From a virus: a DNA stretch of 64,000 nt. This document shows, in pieces, positions 9,895 to 20,126 of this stretch (positions are counted from its first letter, which is position 1; each line of letters begins with the position of its first letter). A program made the translations under genes and the position numbers. The DNA is taken from the IMG/VR virus record IMGVR_UViG_3300042731_009106, positions 1-64,000 of that record. One strand, 5' to 3'. Under the pieces are notes generated by a model, which had not been told where the DNA came from, made no database searches, and saw only the letters and a list, made by a program, of their open reading frames with translations.

Positions 9895-12312
9895 ATGGCA
9901 AAAAAATATAAAATATCAGACTTGAGGGCAGTTCTTTTTGGGGAGCAGGGATATCCATACTTCAAAGAAGCAACAGAGTCTAAAGACTTAGGTACTTGGG
10001 ATTTTAATAAAGATGGAAACATGAACGCTTTTGATTTAAGCTTTTATGAAATTTCATTAATGATTTATGAAGAATTTGAAATAAGAAAATCTGTAGCTAA
10101 ACAAAATAAAAGATTAATAGATAAAGAATTTAAAACGACTACAGGAAGTAAATTTAAATGGTCTGATTTTGCTGAAAACGAAGCCGTTGATTATGTTAAC
10201 GATTTATTAAAAGGCTATAGAAACAAAAAGGGAAGAATCCTAAAGGGATTAAAATTTGAACCTCCATCAAAAAGAGATACCAGAGGTATGATTATGATAT
10301 CAAACTCTGGAGATGCTGACGGCACAAATCAGGTCACGAAACTAAGTAAAGTATTTATTAATAATGCAGCAAATTTTAGAAATACATTACTAGACAAACC
10401 ATTAAAGCCCGGAGGCATTAACGTTGGACATATTCAAGCTGATGATGCAGGTGAATTTGGAAGGATTATAACGGACATGTTATTGATGAATTTTTTTATC
10501 AGGCCAAATGGTAAGACTAATAAGAATGCTATTACAAAAGTTTACCCCCTAGATGATCCAGACCATAATTATTTTCACATATTACCTAATGCTAGTAGAG
10601 GCCACCCATTAAGTGTTTTTAATATATCATCCCAATCACAAAGTTTATTTGGCAGAGTAAACTATAATTATAGTCCTCAGCCATTTTTTAAGGAGAATTA
10701 CATATTTAAGAGCACCGATAGGTTTCAAACTAAAAAAGAAAAAATTCTCAATTATGCTAGACTATTATACGGAATAAGTAGTGATCTTGGAATCGTTGAT
10801 TATAGCGCAGAACTAGATAGTGCAAAAAATATACCAATTCCATCTGCTCATGCGACATATGTACCAGCAAAAAAGACTGATACAGAAGAAGAAATAGAAG
10901 ACGGATATAAACTTAACAAGGATGGTTTAGCTACAGAATTTATGGCTAATTATGATATACCTTATTTTAGACATAATATTGAAAATGTATTAATACCAGC
11001 AATACGAGCTAAAGTAAAAGAAACCATAAAACTTGCCATTGCGAAGGGTACTACAGATATACCAAACTTAGGTTCTATAGATTTTGCAACAAAAGAGATA
11101 GCGGATCTTGTTAGCGCTTTGTGTGATGGGTATATTGAATATGTTCAAAATAGATATAATATAACAGATGCCGAAGTAAAGAGTCAAGGATTAGAATTTA
11201 CAGCCAACCAAGCAAGTGATGTTAGATTATACCCCGATAGGCAAATTATTGAAAAACCTGTATGGAAACTAATTAAATGCAGAACTCACGAAGAATATTT
11301 TACATACCAAAATGAATTTTATGATTATAGTCTAAGTGGAATTTTTCACTTAAGTAATCTAGAGGGAACAAACCCAGACTCAGATATACCAGAATCAGAC
11401 GATTTGTTTTTAAGTCAAAATGTTGGGGGAGTTTTTGCCGGAATATACTACTTGAAAAACTTTACTGAGGATCAAATTATTGAAATGTATACAGGTACAT
11501 ACTATAAAAAAGATTCTCCTAAAGCTCCATTTTTAAACCCTTGGAGTAAAATTAAAGAGCAAAATAATTTGATGCTATACAATCATAACACTGGCACATT
11601 ATATGATCCTGTCCCACATGTTCCCGAAGGTTGTTATAAAATATATCTTAATATATTTCCAGCATTAGCTGATGGCACAATTGATAGAGGTAGGATACTT
11701 TCATATCAAGCTTTACCTCATTACTGGGAGCATGCGGATTGTAGTAAGCCTCCTTGTTATGTGCCACCAAGCCCTACGCCAACTCAGTCTGCAACTTTTA
11801 CTCCATCTTGCACTATGTCTCCGACAATCAGTGCCACATCTACTCAAACACCCACAGTAACCCCAAGTGTAACACAAACTAATACACCAACAAACACAGC
11901 AACTCAAACCAATACTCCAACCGCAACACAAACTCAAACGCCTAGTTTTACGCCTTCAGTAACGAAAACAATGACGCCAACATTGTCACCAAATGCTACA
12001 GCTAGTCCAACTGCAACGCCAACAACAACAAGATCTGTACCTGTGCCGAAATGTGAAACTGTTGACCCCGGACCAGTTCCCTTGCCTACTCAAACAAAAA
12101 CCCCAAGTCAAACTAGAACTCAAACTCCAACAAAAATCTTCTGCACACATACACAAACACCTACATACACACCTACATCCACACCAATGGTAACACCTAG
12201 TTTTACTCCATCTAGAACTACAACATTAAGTTTTACACCAACACAAACACCAACCCTAACGCAAACACCACAAGGAGCAATTGAGTACGATGGAACTATC
12301 ACCATGATTTAA
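9895..12312 (+). CDS. Hypothetical protein with an N-terminal dockerin/EF-hand-like loop and a C-terminal S/T/P stalk (805 aa)
   Basis: WDFNKDGNMNAFDL motif; PSPTPTQSATFTP... repeats in the last ~170 aa. Confidence 0.75.
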   Translation: MAKKYKISDLRAVLFGEQGYPYFKEATESKDLGTWDFNKDGNMNAFDLSFYEISLMIYEEFEIRKSVAKQNKRLIDKEFKTTTGSKFKWSDFAENEAVDYVNDLLKGYRNKKGRILKGLKFEPPSKRDTRGMIMISNSGDADGTNQVTKLSKVFINNAANFRNTLLDKPLKPGGINVGHIQADDAGEFGRIITDMLLMNFFIRPNGKTNKNAITKVYPLDDPDHNYFHILPNASRGHPLSVFNISSQSQSLFGRVNYNYSPQPFFKENYIFKSTDRFQTKKEKILNYARLLYGISSDLGIVDYSAELDSAKNIPIPSAHATYVPAKKTDTEEEIEDGYKLNKDGLATEFMANYDIPYFRHNIENVLIPAIRAKVKETIKLAIAKGTTDIPNLGSIDFATKEIADLVSALCDGYIEYVQNRYNITDAEVKSQGLEFTANQASDVRLYPDRQIIEKPVWKLIKCRTHEEYFTYQNEFYDYSLSGIFHLSNLEGTNPDSDIPESDDLFLSQNVGGVFAGIYYLKNFTEDQIIEMYTGTYYKKDSPKAPFLNPWSKIKEQNNLMLYNHNTGTLYDPVPHVPEGCYKIYLNIFPALADGTIDRGRILSYQALPHYWEHADCSKPPCYVPPSPTPTQSATFTPSCTMSPTISATSTQTPTVTPSVTQTNTPTNTATQTNTPTATQTQTPSFTPSVTKTMTPTLSPNATASPTATPTTTRSVPVPKCETVDPGPVPLPTQTKTPSQTRTQTPTKIFCTHTQTPTYTPTSTPMVTPSFTPSRTTTLSFTPTQTPTLTQTPQGAIEYDGTITMI
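11767..12270 (+). repeat. In-frame Thr/Pro/Ser low-complexity repeat
   Basis: TPT/TQT repeats at the C-terminus of 9895..12312. Confidence 0.9.
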
Positions 12313-12313
12313 G

Positions 12314-12319
12314 GTGTAA
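12314..12319 (+). promoter_or_regulatory. GTGTAW motif
   Basis: GTGTAA; 9 nt between GTGTA and ATG 12328. Confidence 0.65.
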
Positions 12320-12327
12320 TAGATGAC

Positions 12328-14457
12328 ATGGAAGAGTTTCTAATTAGAATAAATCAAGATCCATGTGGATTAGGTTTTCAGGGTAGGGTAATGCCAGCTC
12401 TCAAAGAATGGAGTTTTACCCCATATCCATCAAGTGCTGCACAAATGACACATTTAGAAAATACGGCACAAGGTGTAAATAGAAATTTTCTATTAGCGGT
12501 GGGTAAAAATTTAATAAATGAAAACGGAGAAATCAACGGAACACTTCAATTAAAATTTCAATGCTTAGATATGCTGAAAGATAGATCTTTCAACAGATTA
12601 ACGGCGATACAAATAGAGGGATACCCTCTTGGGTTGGGGGTTGGAAAAGAATCTGGATTGCCTCCGCAATTTGTTACAAATTTAAATTCAAAGAGTACAT
12701 TCTATAACATACCTGTAGGAAAAAAAATAAAAATTCAATTAATGGGAGGATTTGGTAACGTAAGGTATGCAAACACATCTGATAGTAGAATCGTAAAAAT
12801 TAATAAAAGTGTTCAGTTTGAAGAATTCAATTACCAACCACAACTAAAAAATTTAAACAATACATCGTATCAAATAAATAAGGGTTCCTTTATTGTCGAT
12901 AGAGGACTAGGAGAAGGTAATCACATATTCACGATAGAAGCTTTATCAGTTGGCGAGGCAGCAATTATATTTAGGGATATGGTTGGATCTAGGCATTACT
13001 TGCATATTTCAGCTAATGCAAATTTGTGTCAAGATGAAATAGCTATTGTCGATGAAGACGATAATATCTATACCAACAACCTTAATAACAGAGGAAATTA
13101 CAATGTAGAACCCATATTGAATGATTTAGATTTTGAAAAATCTATTGGAAACTATTGTAATTGCAGTACAGCAGCAGGGGATAATTCAAATGGTTCTATG
13201 AATATATCTGTACCAAGTCCCCAATCCGAAATCATGTCAATTAATCATGTAGGAAAAATATATGATAACGAAAAGTTCATAAGAGGAACTAGAAGTTTAG
13301 ATTTTGAAAATCTAGAAAAGCTAGATGAAAAAAACATACCAATTGCTCCAGCTAAAATATTTGATTTATATGTTGGAGAAACAGTGAGGGTTAGGTTGCC
13401 GAGAAGAGCTAAAACTCAATACAATGTCACTGTGTTAAATAAAGAAAATTTAGATGGAAAAGCTGTAGGTGCAGGTTGGGGAGAATATAATACTGGTCCG
13501 GCTTGGTCCGCCTTAAAAGAAGACAGTCAGATTGTTGATTATGATATTAATAGTGGCCGCATAACATGCAAAGGTCCAACTAACTTTTTGCCAGCTATCT
13601 TACATTTCCAACCCAGAGCAAATAATTACAATTCAGTAATAGGTGCAATACCAGCACAAGAAAAAGAAATTTTTACATCCAATGATCCAGCAGATGCAAT
13701 CCTATCATTTGAGAGACACGATGGATCAAAGAGTTATTTAAAAACTAGAACTCTGAATGGAGGCATTGACACAATTACAATGACAAATTCAGATTTTTTT
13801 ATCGGGATAAGATGTTTTTGTGAAGATAAAGATTTTTTTATAGATGAGTCTACCGTTAGCGAGGGAGACACTTTTGAGGTTTATGCTGGAGGAGAGTTGC
13901 TACCTAAAGCTCAAAAATATTTCTTCGATAAAGACTCGATCAACAATCAAGGTAGAGCCGGAAAATCAAACATTATACAGAACCCCAACCAAGATTTAAC
14001 TGATCCAATAAAGAATGGAAGAAAGCAATTTAGGATAGCCACTATCGATAAAGAAAAAATTGTTGCCTTTCAAGAAATTTCAATGTTTTTGGTCGATGCT
14101 CCTGAAGGTGCTAAGGGAAACAATATACACAAACCAGCCTTTAGAAGATTTGATAATGAATTTTTCATAGAAGGAGATTTTTGGAACAACCTAAATATAA
14201 AAGACAGAGAAGGCTTTAACCATTCTATAAAAACTGGTGATGAGATTTTTCCTTGCTGGAAAGAGCAAGGTAACACAATTCAGCCAAGAGGAACATGGTG
14301 CATAGATAAGAAAAGCTTCACTTTTTATTCGAAAAGTGAAATACCAGTAGTACTTAACGAAAAAGATGAACCTAAGATGATAAATGATTTAGCTTCTAGA
14401 TCTTTTGTAGTTTTAGATGAGTCTCAGAAACATAAAAAATACTCACCAGAGAACTAA
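12328..14457 (+). CDS. Hypothetical protein (709 aa)
   Basis: Long ORF with no recognised family; last gene of the structural block. Confidence 0.75.
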   Translation: MEEFLIRINQDPCGLGFQGRVMPALKEWSFTPYPSSAAQMTHLENTAQGVNRNFLLAVGKNLINENGEINGTLQLKFQCLDMLKDRSFNRLTAIQIEGYPLGLGVGKESGLPPQFVTNLNSKSTFYNIPVGKKIKIQLMGGFGNVRYANTSDSRIVKINKSVQFEEFNYQPQLKNLNNTSYQINKGSFIVDRGLGEGNHIFTIEALSVGEAAIIFRDMVGSRHYLHISANANLCQDEIAIVDEDDNIYTNNLNNRGNYNVEPILNDLDFEKSIGNYCNCSTAAGDNSNGSMNISVPSPQSEIMSINHVGKIYDNEKFIRGTRSLDFENLEKLDEKNIPIAPAKIFDLYVGETVRVRLPRRAKTQYNVTVLNKENLDGKAVGAGWGEYNTGPAWSALKEDSQIVDYDINSGRITCKGPTNFLPAILHFQPRANNYNSVIGAIPAQEKEIFTSNDPADAILSFERHDGSKSYLKTRTLNGGIDTITMTNSDFFIGIRCFCEDKDFFIDESTVSEGDTFEVYAGGELLPKAQKYFFDKDSINNQGRAGKSNIIQNPNQDLTDPIKNGRKQFRIATIDKEKIVAFQEISMFLVDAPEGAKGNNIHKPAFRRFDNEFFIEGDFWNNLNIKDREGFNHSIKTGDEIFPCWKEQGNTIQPRGTWCIDKKSFTFYSKSEIPVVLNEKDEPKMINDLASRSFVVLDESQKHKKYSPEN

Positions 14458-15221
14458 GAGCTTTTAATAACCCCTAGAAGTATTCTGCAATGCTTTGCAG
14501 ATATATCCCCAAAGTCTTTCCATTCTTTAATTTCACTACTATCTATTTTAATTTTTCCATCTTTGTGAAGCTTTCTCAATATAGGTAAGAAATCTTCATA
14601 ACTGGAAACTGAGTATTTTTCAGATAACTCTTTTTTCAAAACCCCCAAAGGAGATAGATCATTTACTTTACTAGATTGAGATTTATTGTCAGACTTATCT
14701 ATTTCGTCATCACCTACAATATGAACATTAAGAAAATTTCTAACACATCTTACAAAAGCTCTATTACAAGCAATTGTTTCTAGGAATTTTTTAGCGAAAC
14801 TATTTGTGTTATCAATTGTAGCATTAGCCATATCTTCAAAAACAATTAATTCATTGTTGGTTTCATAGTTAGGTAAAAATGAGATGCGGCAAGATACTGC
14901 TACATGATGATCTTCACACTTAACTGTTTCATAGTGAACATTGCTAAAGCCTCTTAATTTTGCTAGTTCTTTGATTCCACTTAGTTTAATCAAGAGCTGG
15001 TGATCTTTTAGACCCTCTATTGATCTGGGCATGTCTTTTTTTCTAAGATCAAACCAAGATTTATTTGGAAATAAGTGTTCATCCTTAATCATTGATCTCC
15101 AGTCTACAGATCCATCTTCAGTAAAGACATATTGTATATTTTTAAGTAATCCATTTTCATCTCTTTGGTAGAGAGATGGGCCAGAGGAATTGTCTACGGT
15201 GTTTGCTTTTTTTGGTGACAT
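14454..15221 (-). CDS. Putative single-strand annealing protein (Rad52/Sak-like)
   Basis: LIKLSGIKELAKLRG...VAVSCRISF...DMANAT..NT...ETIACNRAFVRCVR resembles the MAETRAxxRAxR signature; small helical C-terminal domain. Confidence 0.45.
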   Translation of the reverse strand: MSPKKANTVDNSSGPSLYQRDENGLLKNIQYVFTEDGSVDWRSMIKDEHLFPNKSWFDLRKKDMPRSIEGLKDHQLLIKLSGIKELAKLRGFSNVHYETVKCEDHHVAVSCRISFLPNYETNNELIVFEDMANATIDNTNSFAKKFLETIACNRAFVRCVRNFLNVHIVGDDEIDKSDNKSQSSKVNDLSPLGVLKKELSEKYSVSSYEDFLPILRKLHKDGKIKIDSSEIKEWKDFGDISAKHCRILLGVIKSS

Positions 15222-15231
15222 AATGTTTATT

Positions 15232-15237
15232 GTGTAA
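15232..15237 (+). promoter_or_regulatory. GTGTAW motif
   Basis: GTGTAA; 9 nt between GTGTA and GTG 15246. Confidence 0.65.
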
Positions 15238-15245
15238 TATTTAGA

Positions 15246-16151
15246 GTGAGCTACTATTTGATTAAAGTTAAGAACATTTTACAACATACTGTTCAATATG
15301 TCAAGAAAAAATCTTATAATTTAATAGTTTTAGATATAAGCGGAGAAGGGGATAAGGATTACAATAGTTCAAGAATTAAAAATTTAATTAAATTATATTA
15401 TGAAAGGTATAACATTAAAACTATTGCATTATCCCAAAATTCTTTAGCTTGCGATAATAATGATATATTCTATTATAACTTTGCTTGGGAGTATTTCAAT
15501 AAAGATTATAAAGTAATAAGATCAAATACAACAAATAAATACTTTTACAATTATTTGGGAGGTTACCCAAGGAAGGATAAAATATTATTTATTAATCAGC
15601 TAATCAATAGTGAAACCATTAGTAAATCTTTAGTCAGTTTTGGTACAATAAAAAAAGATCTTAAAAGCATAGCTTCTAGAAAGACATTGTCAAATACACC
15701 AAAAATCATCGACCACGATATGCTGTACTCTAAGCATACCGGAGAATTTTGGCAAAAAATAAAACAAGAATTTTACATGCAATCAAGGTTTTCATTAATA
15801 CAAGAAACAGAGATGCAACACCAAACTAACAGATATACCGAAAAAACATTAAAAGCTATAGCAATGAAAAGTCCATTTATTATAGCTGGAAACTATGGAG
15901 TATTAAATCGACTACGTCAAGATGGATTTAGGACGTATCATCCAATGATAAATGAAGGCTACGATTTAGAAAAAGATAAAAACAAGAGAATTAACTTAAT
16001 TATAAAAGAAGTAGAAAGACTTTGCAGTATGAGTTTCCAACAATGGATAGAGTTTGAGTCTACCTTTTTAAGGAGAACTTTAAATCATAACGCTGATAAT
16101 CTTTTAAAACTTAAAAGTAAACAAAAATTTATTTCTTCTTTGAAGTTTTGA
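15246..16151 (+). CDS. Putative glycosyltransferase with a GT10 (fucosyltransferase)-like motif
   Basis: RYTEKTLKAIAMKSPFIIAG resembles the GT10 Y-x-TEK...P-I-x-x-G motif. Confidence 0.45.
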   Translation: MSYYLIKVKNILQHTVQYVKKKSYNLIVLDISGEGDKDYNSSRIKNLIKLYYERYNIKTIALSQNSLACDNNDIFYYNFAWEYFNKDYKVIRSNTTNKYFYNYLGGYPRKDKILFINQLINSETISKSLVSFGTIKKDLKSIASRKTLSNTPKIIDHDMLYSKHTGEFWQKIKQEFYMQSRFSLIQETEMQHQTNRYTEKTLKAIAMKSPFIIAGNYGVLNRLRQDGFRTYHPMINEGYDLEKDKNKRINLIIKEVERLCSMSFQQWIEFESTFLRRTLNHNADNLLKLKSKQKFISSLKF

Positions 16152-17274
16152 ATACCCTACAGAAAGGAAGATCCTCCCAAAAATCTGGAGTATCCATAAC
16201 TGAAGATGTGTTTTTCCCCTTGTTTAGAGAAAGATAAGAATTGAATACTTGACCATTGTAGATAATATTTCTCTTACTTAAGAAGTTGAGATTTTTTAAT
16301 GATTTTGTGTTAAGGTCTTTTTTAGACTTAGAACCAAAAAGCCTAATCTGGTAATCAATTAAATTAAATCTAATATTTTGTAAATCTTTTGAATCCTTGC
16401 AAAGTAGATTTAAAGGCTTGCCTACTTTTTGCAAATTTTTAATATCCAGTAGACTGGTTTCTGAATTCACAAAAAATGATATCATGTGCAAAGTATCACC
16501 TAAGAACTTTAAATAGTCGGTTGGTATTAATTTATCAGTAACTAAGTTAACTTTTTCTATCGATTTACATTGAGCCAAGAATTCTAAATCAAAGCTTTTA
16601 TCCATCCTAATATTTACAGACCCCTTTAAGTTTGCTGAGGCTATATCATATTTACCCGGAACTACATCTATAATTTGGTTGAAATATTCTTCTCCGGTAT
16701 ATACTGTTTTAACATTTCCCAAGCTATGCTTTATGCCCAAAGAGTCCAATAATAAGCATGCTATTTTTTCAGGTTCAACTTGATTAATTGTTTTAGGTAG
16801 CTCTTCTACAGCAAAGGAAGGTTTGTCTTCTATGTCAGGCGTAAAAACATGAAACTGATCTGTAGCATGATAAGGTTTTAAAATATCAACATAATCTTGA
16901 TTACTTACAGTAATAACTGGCTTGTTATAATAGTTTGCTATATGAGAGTAGAAATTAAAGTTACCACAATAAGCCAAACTTTTACTAATAACATAGTTAG
17001 TTTGCATTCTATTTAAATGCTTGTAGCTTTTAGAGTAGTATAAGTTTTTTTTACTAGATTGCCCAACCTCAATAATTGATATGCCATTTTTTTCTAGATA
17101 AGGTTTTATATGGAAAACTACATCATCAAAGAAATCGTAATCTTTACTCTGCATGTCAGCATTAGTAGAGAAGCATATAAACTTTTTTTCAGTAATTGGA
17201 AAAAATGTAGATTCAATAAAAGGTTTTGTGATTTTAGAACCACAAGATAAAGCAAAACTTTCTAACTTATGCAT
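16129..17274 (-). CDS. GT9-like C-terminal-domain protein
   Basis: HKLESFALSCG linker, SKDY...NGISIIEVG, YSHIANYYNKPVITV match the GT9 donor-binding domain pattern. Confidence 0.5.
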   Translation of the reverse strand: MHKLESFALSCGSKITKPFIESTFFPITEKKFICFSTNADMQSKDYDFFDDVVFHIKPYLEKNGISIIEVGQSSKKNLYYSKSYKHLNRMQTNYVISKSLAYCGNFNFYSHIANYYNKPVITVSNQDYVDILKPYHATDQFHVFTPDIEDKPSFAVEELPKTINQVEPEKIACLLLDSLGIKHSLGNVKTVYTGEEYFNQIIDVVPGKYDIASANLKGSVNIRMDKSFDLEFLAQCKSIEKVNLVTDKLIPTDYLKFLGDTLHMISFFVNSETSLLDIKNLQKVGKPLNLLCKDSKDLQNIRFNLIDYQIRLFGSKSKKDLNTKSLKNLNFLSKRNIIYNGQVFNSYLSLNKGKNTSSVMDTPDFWEDLPFCRVFKTSKKK

Positions 17275-19186
17275 AATTTAAATCGTATTCAATTTGATGT
17301 TGGTTACCATGAATGTAATTAGTTAACCTAGCTGTATTTGAGTGAGGCATTAAAGTGAAGTTAAAAAATCCATTAAACTTACCATAACCTTCTGACCATA
17401 CAAAATTTTCCATTATATTATCATACTGTAAAACTTTATGGATATATGGGTTGCCAAATAGAATGTCTGCATTTTCAGGTTTTGTTGCATAATAGATATT
17501 ATGATCGGGATATTTATCTTTAATGTATTTTAATAAAGATGTGGAGTTAAAAACATCAGTTGCATTTTCTGGCAATACAAAAAGTATTCTCCTGCCTTCA
17601 TCGTCTTTATCTAAAAGTTGCTCAAATGAAACTTTTTGGTTTTCTTGATTATCTTTTTTAGCTATATTTACAAAGTATTCATAAACAGCCTGTCTATCAA
17701 GATCAGTTCTTAGTCTATGCTCCCAGTGAGCGATTCCATTTTGATCATTTTCTTCTGCATCGACCTTAAGAATATTTTTGTATAAGTCTACAATCCATTC
17801 TCTATTGTTTTGTATGGGAGGGGGGACATAAGAAGGATCTTTCTCTATATAAGAAAAATCAAAATCCCAATCAGTCGGAGACATTTTGGATATAATTTTT
17901 TCAAACTTAGAGCATACAGATTGAATTGAGCAAAAATCAATTACAAAGTCTCTGGCAATTTTACCCATTTTGCTTTTTTGGGATTCGCTCATATTGTAGA
18001 CTTTAGTCAATTGATTAGCTATATCTAATGAGTCTGTAGAAGCTTTAATAAATTGTGTTCCGGGTTCTCTATACTCTGCCCAATCCAAAGGCAATCCTCC
18101 ACTTTCCTTTGAGCAATAATCTTCGCCACAAGAATAGTTGGTGACTAAGGTAATTAATTCACATAGCTTGGCTTCTTGAATTGGTATTTCTTGCCCTCCA
18201 CTAGTAAAAGCATGACAATACACATCCATTAAATTATATATTTCATTTAATTGTTCTTCAAAAACACCCCTTTGGATTTGAACAGTTTGCTGACTTTTCT
18301 GATTACCACAAAATTTGCAATCTAAGTTTTGGCCAGCAAAAGGTTTTATTTCATATTGATTACATTTATCGCAAAAATATGTAGTTAAAACTAAAGAAGG
18401 ATCAATACCTTCTTCGTTAAGAAGTCTAGGAATATCCCAACCCTCGCCCCAATGTGTATGCAAAAGAAGTTTAGCTTTTACATTTGGGTTTTGGTCTTTA
18501 AATAACTTGAAACCTTTTAATAAATTAGGAACACTTTTTCTTAATTGATTTCTAAAAACAAAACCAATAATGAAATCATCTTGATCTATATTATGAAAAG
18601 ACCTTAAGTTATTCTTATCTTCCTTATCCATTTTAAAAAAGTTAGATTCATCTAATGGAACAGGCAGTAAGTGTACATTTTTAAAACCCTCTTTAGCTAA
18701 AGCTTTCTGTGCGAATGAAGCTTGCACGATAATGTTTTGAGTATTTTTTGCACCCTCAATATGTTTATCTAATAAAGGTAGGCTGTCTACCGGAGTCCAG
18801 ATCATGGAATTAATTTTTTTCCACCAAGTTTTTTTCCAAAAATTATCGACACCCCATATATCTTCTATGCCTAAATATATATCAGGTTTATTTTCTTTAA
18901 TTAAATCATCTATTCCGTAGTGTCCGTAGCTAGCCTGTCTAGCTTTATTTTGATCATTTCTGCACTCCTGTATTAAATTTTGATCCTGAGGCAAGGCACC
19001 AAAGCCTTTCCATGGTAAACTAAGCATAGATTGATCTACCTTAGGCCTTCCATTGGCAACTTCAATTACTTCGTATTTTCCAGTTTTATGGAGATACGAA
19101 AGTAGATGTTTCATGTGCTTACCAAAACCAGTTTTAGCACGAGAATGGTTGCTGTGAGCTAAAATTTTTAATTTCTTCTTAGCCAT
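17267..19186 (-). CDS. GT4-family glycosyltransferase with a CxxC..CxxC insert, a DUF4214-like helix and a GT9-like N-domain at the C-terminus
   Basis: TGFGKH; GFVFRNQLRK; DVYCHAFTSGGQEIPIQEAKLC; LYKNIL...NGIAHW; DVFNSTSLLKYIKDKYPDHNIYYAT...GNPYIHKV. Confidence 0.75.
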   Translation of the reverse strand: MAKKKLKILAHSNHSRAKTGFGKHMKHLLSYLHKTGKYEVIEVANGRPKVDQSMLSLPWKGFGALPQDQNLIQECRNDQNKARQASYGHYGIDDLIKENKPDIYLGIEDIWGVDNFWKKTWWKKINSMIWTPVDSLPLLDKHIEGAKNTQNIIVQASFAQKALAKEGFKNVHLLPVPLDESNFFKMDKEDKNNLRSFHNIDQDDFIIGFVFRNQLRKSVPNLLKGFKLFKDQNPNVKAKLLLHTHWGEGWDIPRLLNEEGIDPSLVLTTYFCDKCNQYEIKPFAGQNLDCKFCGNQKSQQTVQIQRGVFEEQLNEIYNLMDVYCHAFTSGGQEIPIQEAKLCELITLVTNYSCGEDYCSKESGGLPLDWAEYREPGTQFIKASTDSLDIANQLTKVYNMSESQKSKMGKIARDFVIDFCSIQSVCSKFEKIISKMSPTDWDFDFSYIEKDPSYVPPPIQNNREWIVDLYKNILKVDAEENDQNGIAHWEHRLRTDLDRQAVYEYFVNIAKKDNQENQKVSFEQLLDKDDEGRRILFVLPENATDVFNSTSLLKYIKDKYPDHNIYYATKPENADILFGNPYIHKVLQYDNIMENFVWSEGYGKFNGFFNFTLMPHSNTARLTNYIHGNQHQIEYDLNYA

Positions 19187-19746
19187 TAAAAATCGTATTC
19201 AGAGTTATTGTTATTTGTTTCTGTTTTTGCTTTAGGTTTATAAGCAGAATTTTCACAATTTTTTCTAATCAGTGTTTCACATAAAATTCTAACACATTCA
19301 GCCTCACCGGGCTCTAGAGGAATCTTAAAAGTTTGGGATCCATTTCTAGTTATGGTTAGGCCAAAGGCTGGAACAGTAATCTTATCTTCATAAGACTCTT
19401 TAGTTTTTTGATTAATTTTTGTAGTCCTTACTTCCTTATCCCAAGGAGTAAACCTAATTTGAGTTTTATTATCTTCATAAGCATGATAGGTGCTCCACTC
19501 GAAACGATTATTAATGCAGCTAATTATAGAGCCACACTCAAATTCATTAAACTTAATAGAAATATTTTTTTCTGGATCTGTCTTGCTACCAGAGAAGGAA
19601 CCTATTCTTTTTCTTTCATCCCAAGAATGCTGGGCGATAGCATTAATAAATAAACTAAGACTTTGATCTTTAGGGTTTTCTCCCATGTAAAAACTGAATG
19701 CAAATCCAGTATTACTTTTATTAGGTTTGTATATTTGTATACTCAT
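19186..19746 (-). CDS. Hypothetical protein, possible Whirly/PC4-like ssDNA-binding fold
   Basis: SWDERKRIGSF...ISIKFNEFECGSII...YH pattern recalls Whirly-type domains; ORF itself is well supported. Confidence 0.4.
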   Translation of the reverse strand: MSIQIYKPNKSNTGFAFSFYMGENPKDQSLSLFINAIAQHSWDERKRIGSFSGSKTDPEKNISIKFNEFECGSIISCINNRFEWSTYHAYEDNKTQIRFTPWDKEVRTTKINQKTKESYEDKITVPAFGLTITRNGSQTFKIPLEPGEAECVRILCETLIRKNCENSAYKPKAKTETNNNNSEYDF

Positions 19747-20126
19747 AAATCAATTTTAATATGTTTGTTTTCGAAAGATTTTGGTTTTTTATCCTCATGT
19801 AAGGCTCCGTTTCTTTCTTTAGAATAGTTTTTGTAATATTTTTCTTTAACTGGGTCAATACCTCCATTTTCAGAAGCCCTTTCCCTTGACATTTCTTTAC
19901 TTAAGTCTAGCATATCACCAACCTTACCAACACCCCTTCCCGTTTTTTCTACGAACTGCTTGCTATTCCAAGGGTCAGTTTTACCAGTCGTATTAAGTTC
20001 TGGAGAGTAGTACTGCCTGATCCATTCGGTACCATTTTTATCTATATATGATTTATCGTCTGACATGTGAAAGAAAATATCTACAGTTTCTTCTGTTTTG
20101 GGATGCATGAAAGTATACAATGGCAT
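19743..20126 (-). CDS. FmdB-like small protein lacking the zinc-ribbon cysteines
   Basis: MPLYTFMHPKTEETVDIFFHM...WIRQYYSP follows the MPxYxYxC..CG..FE pattern without Cys. Confidence 0.5.
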   Translation of the reverse strand: MPLYTFMHPKTEETVDIFFHMSDDKSYIDKNGTEWIRQYYSPELNTTGKTDPWNSKQFVEKTGRGVGKVGDMLDLSKEMSRERASENGGIDPVKEKYYKNYSKERNGALHEDKKPKSFENKHIKIDL

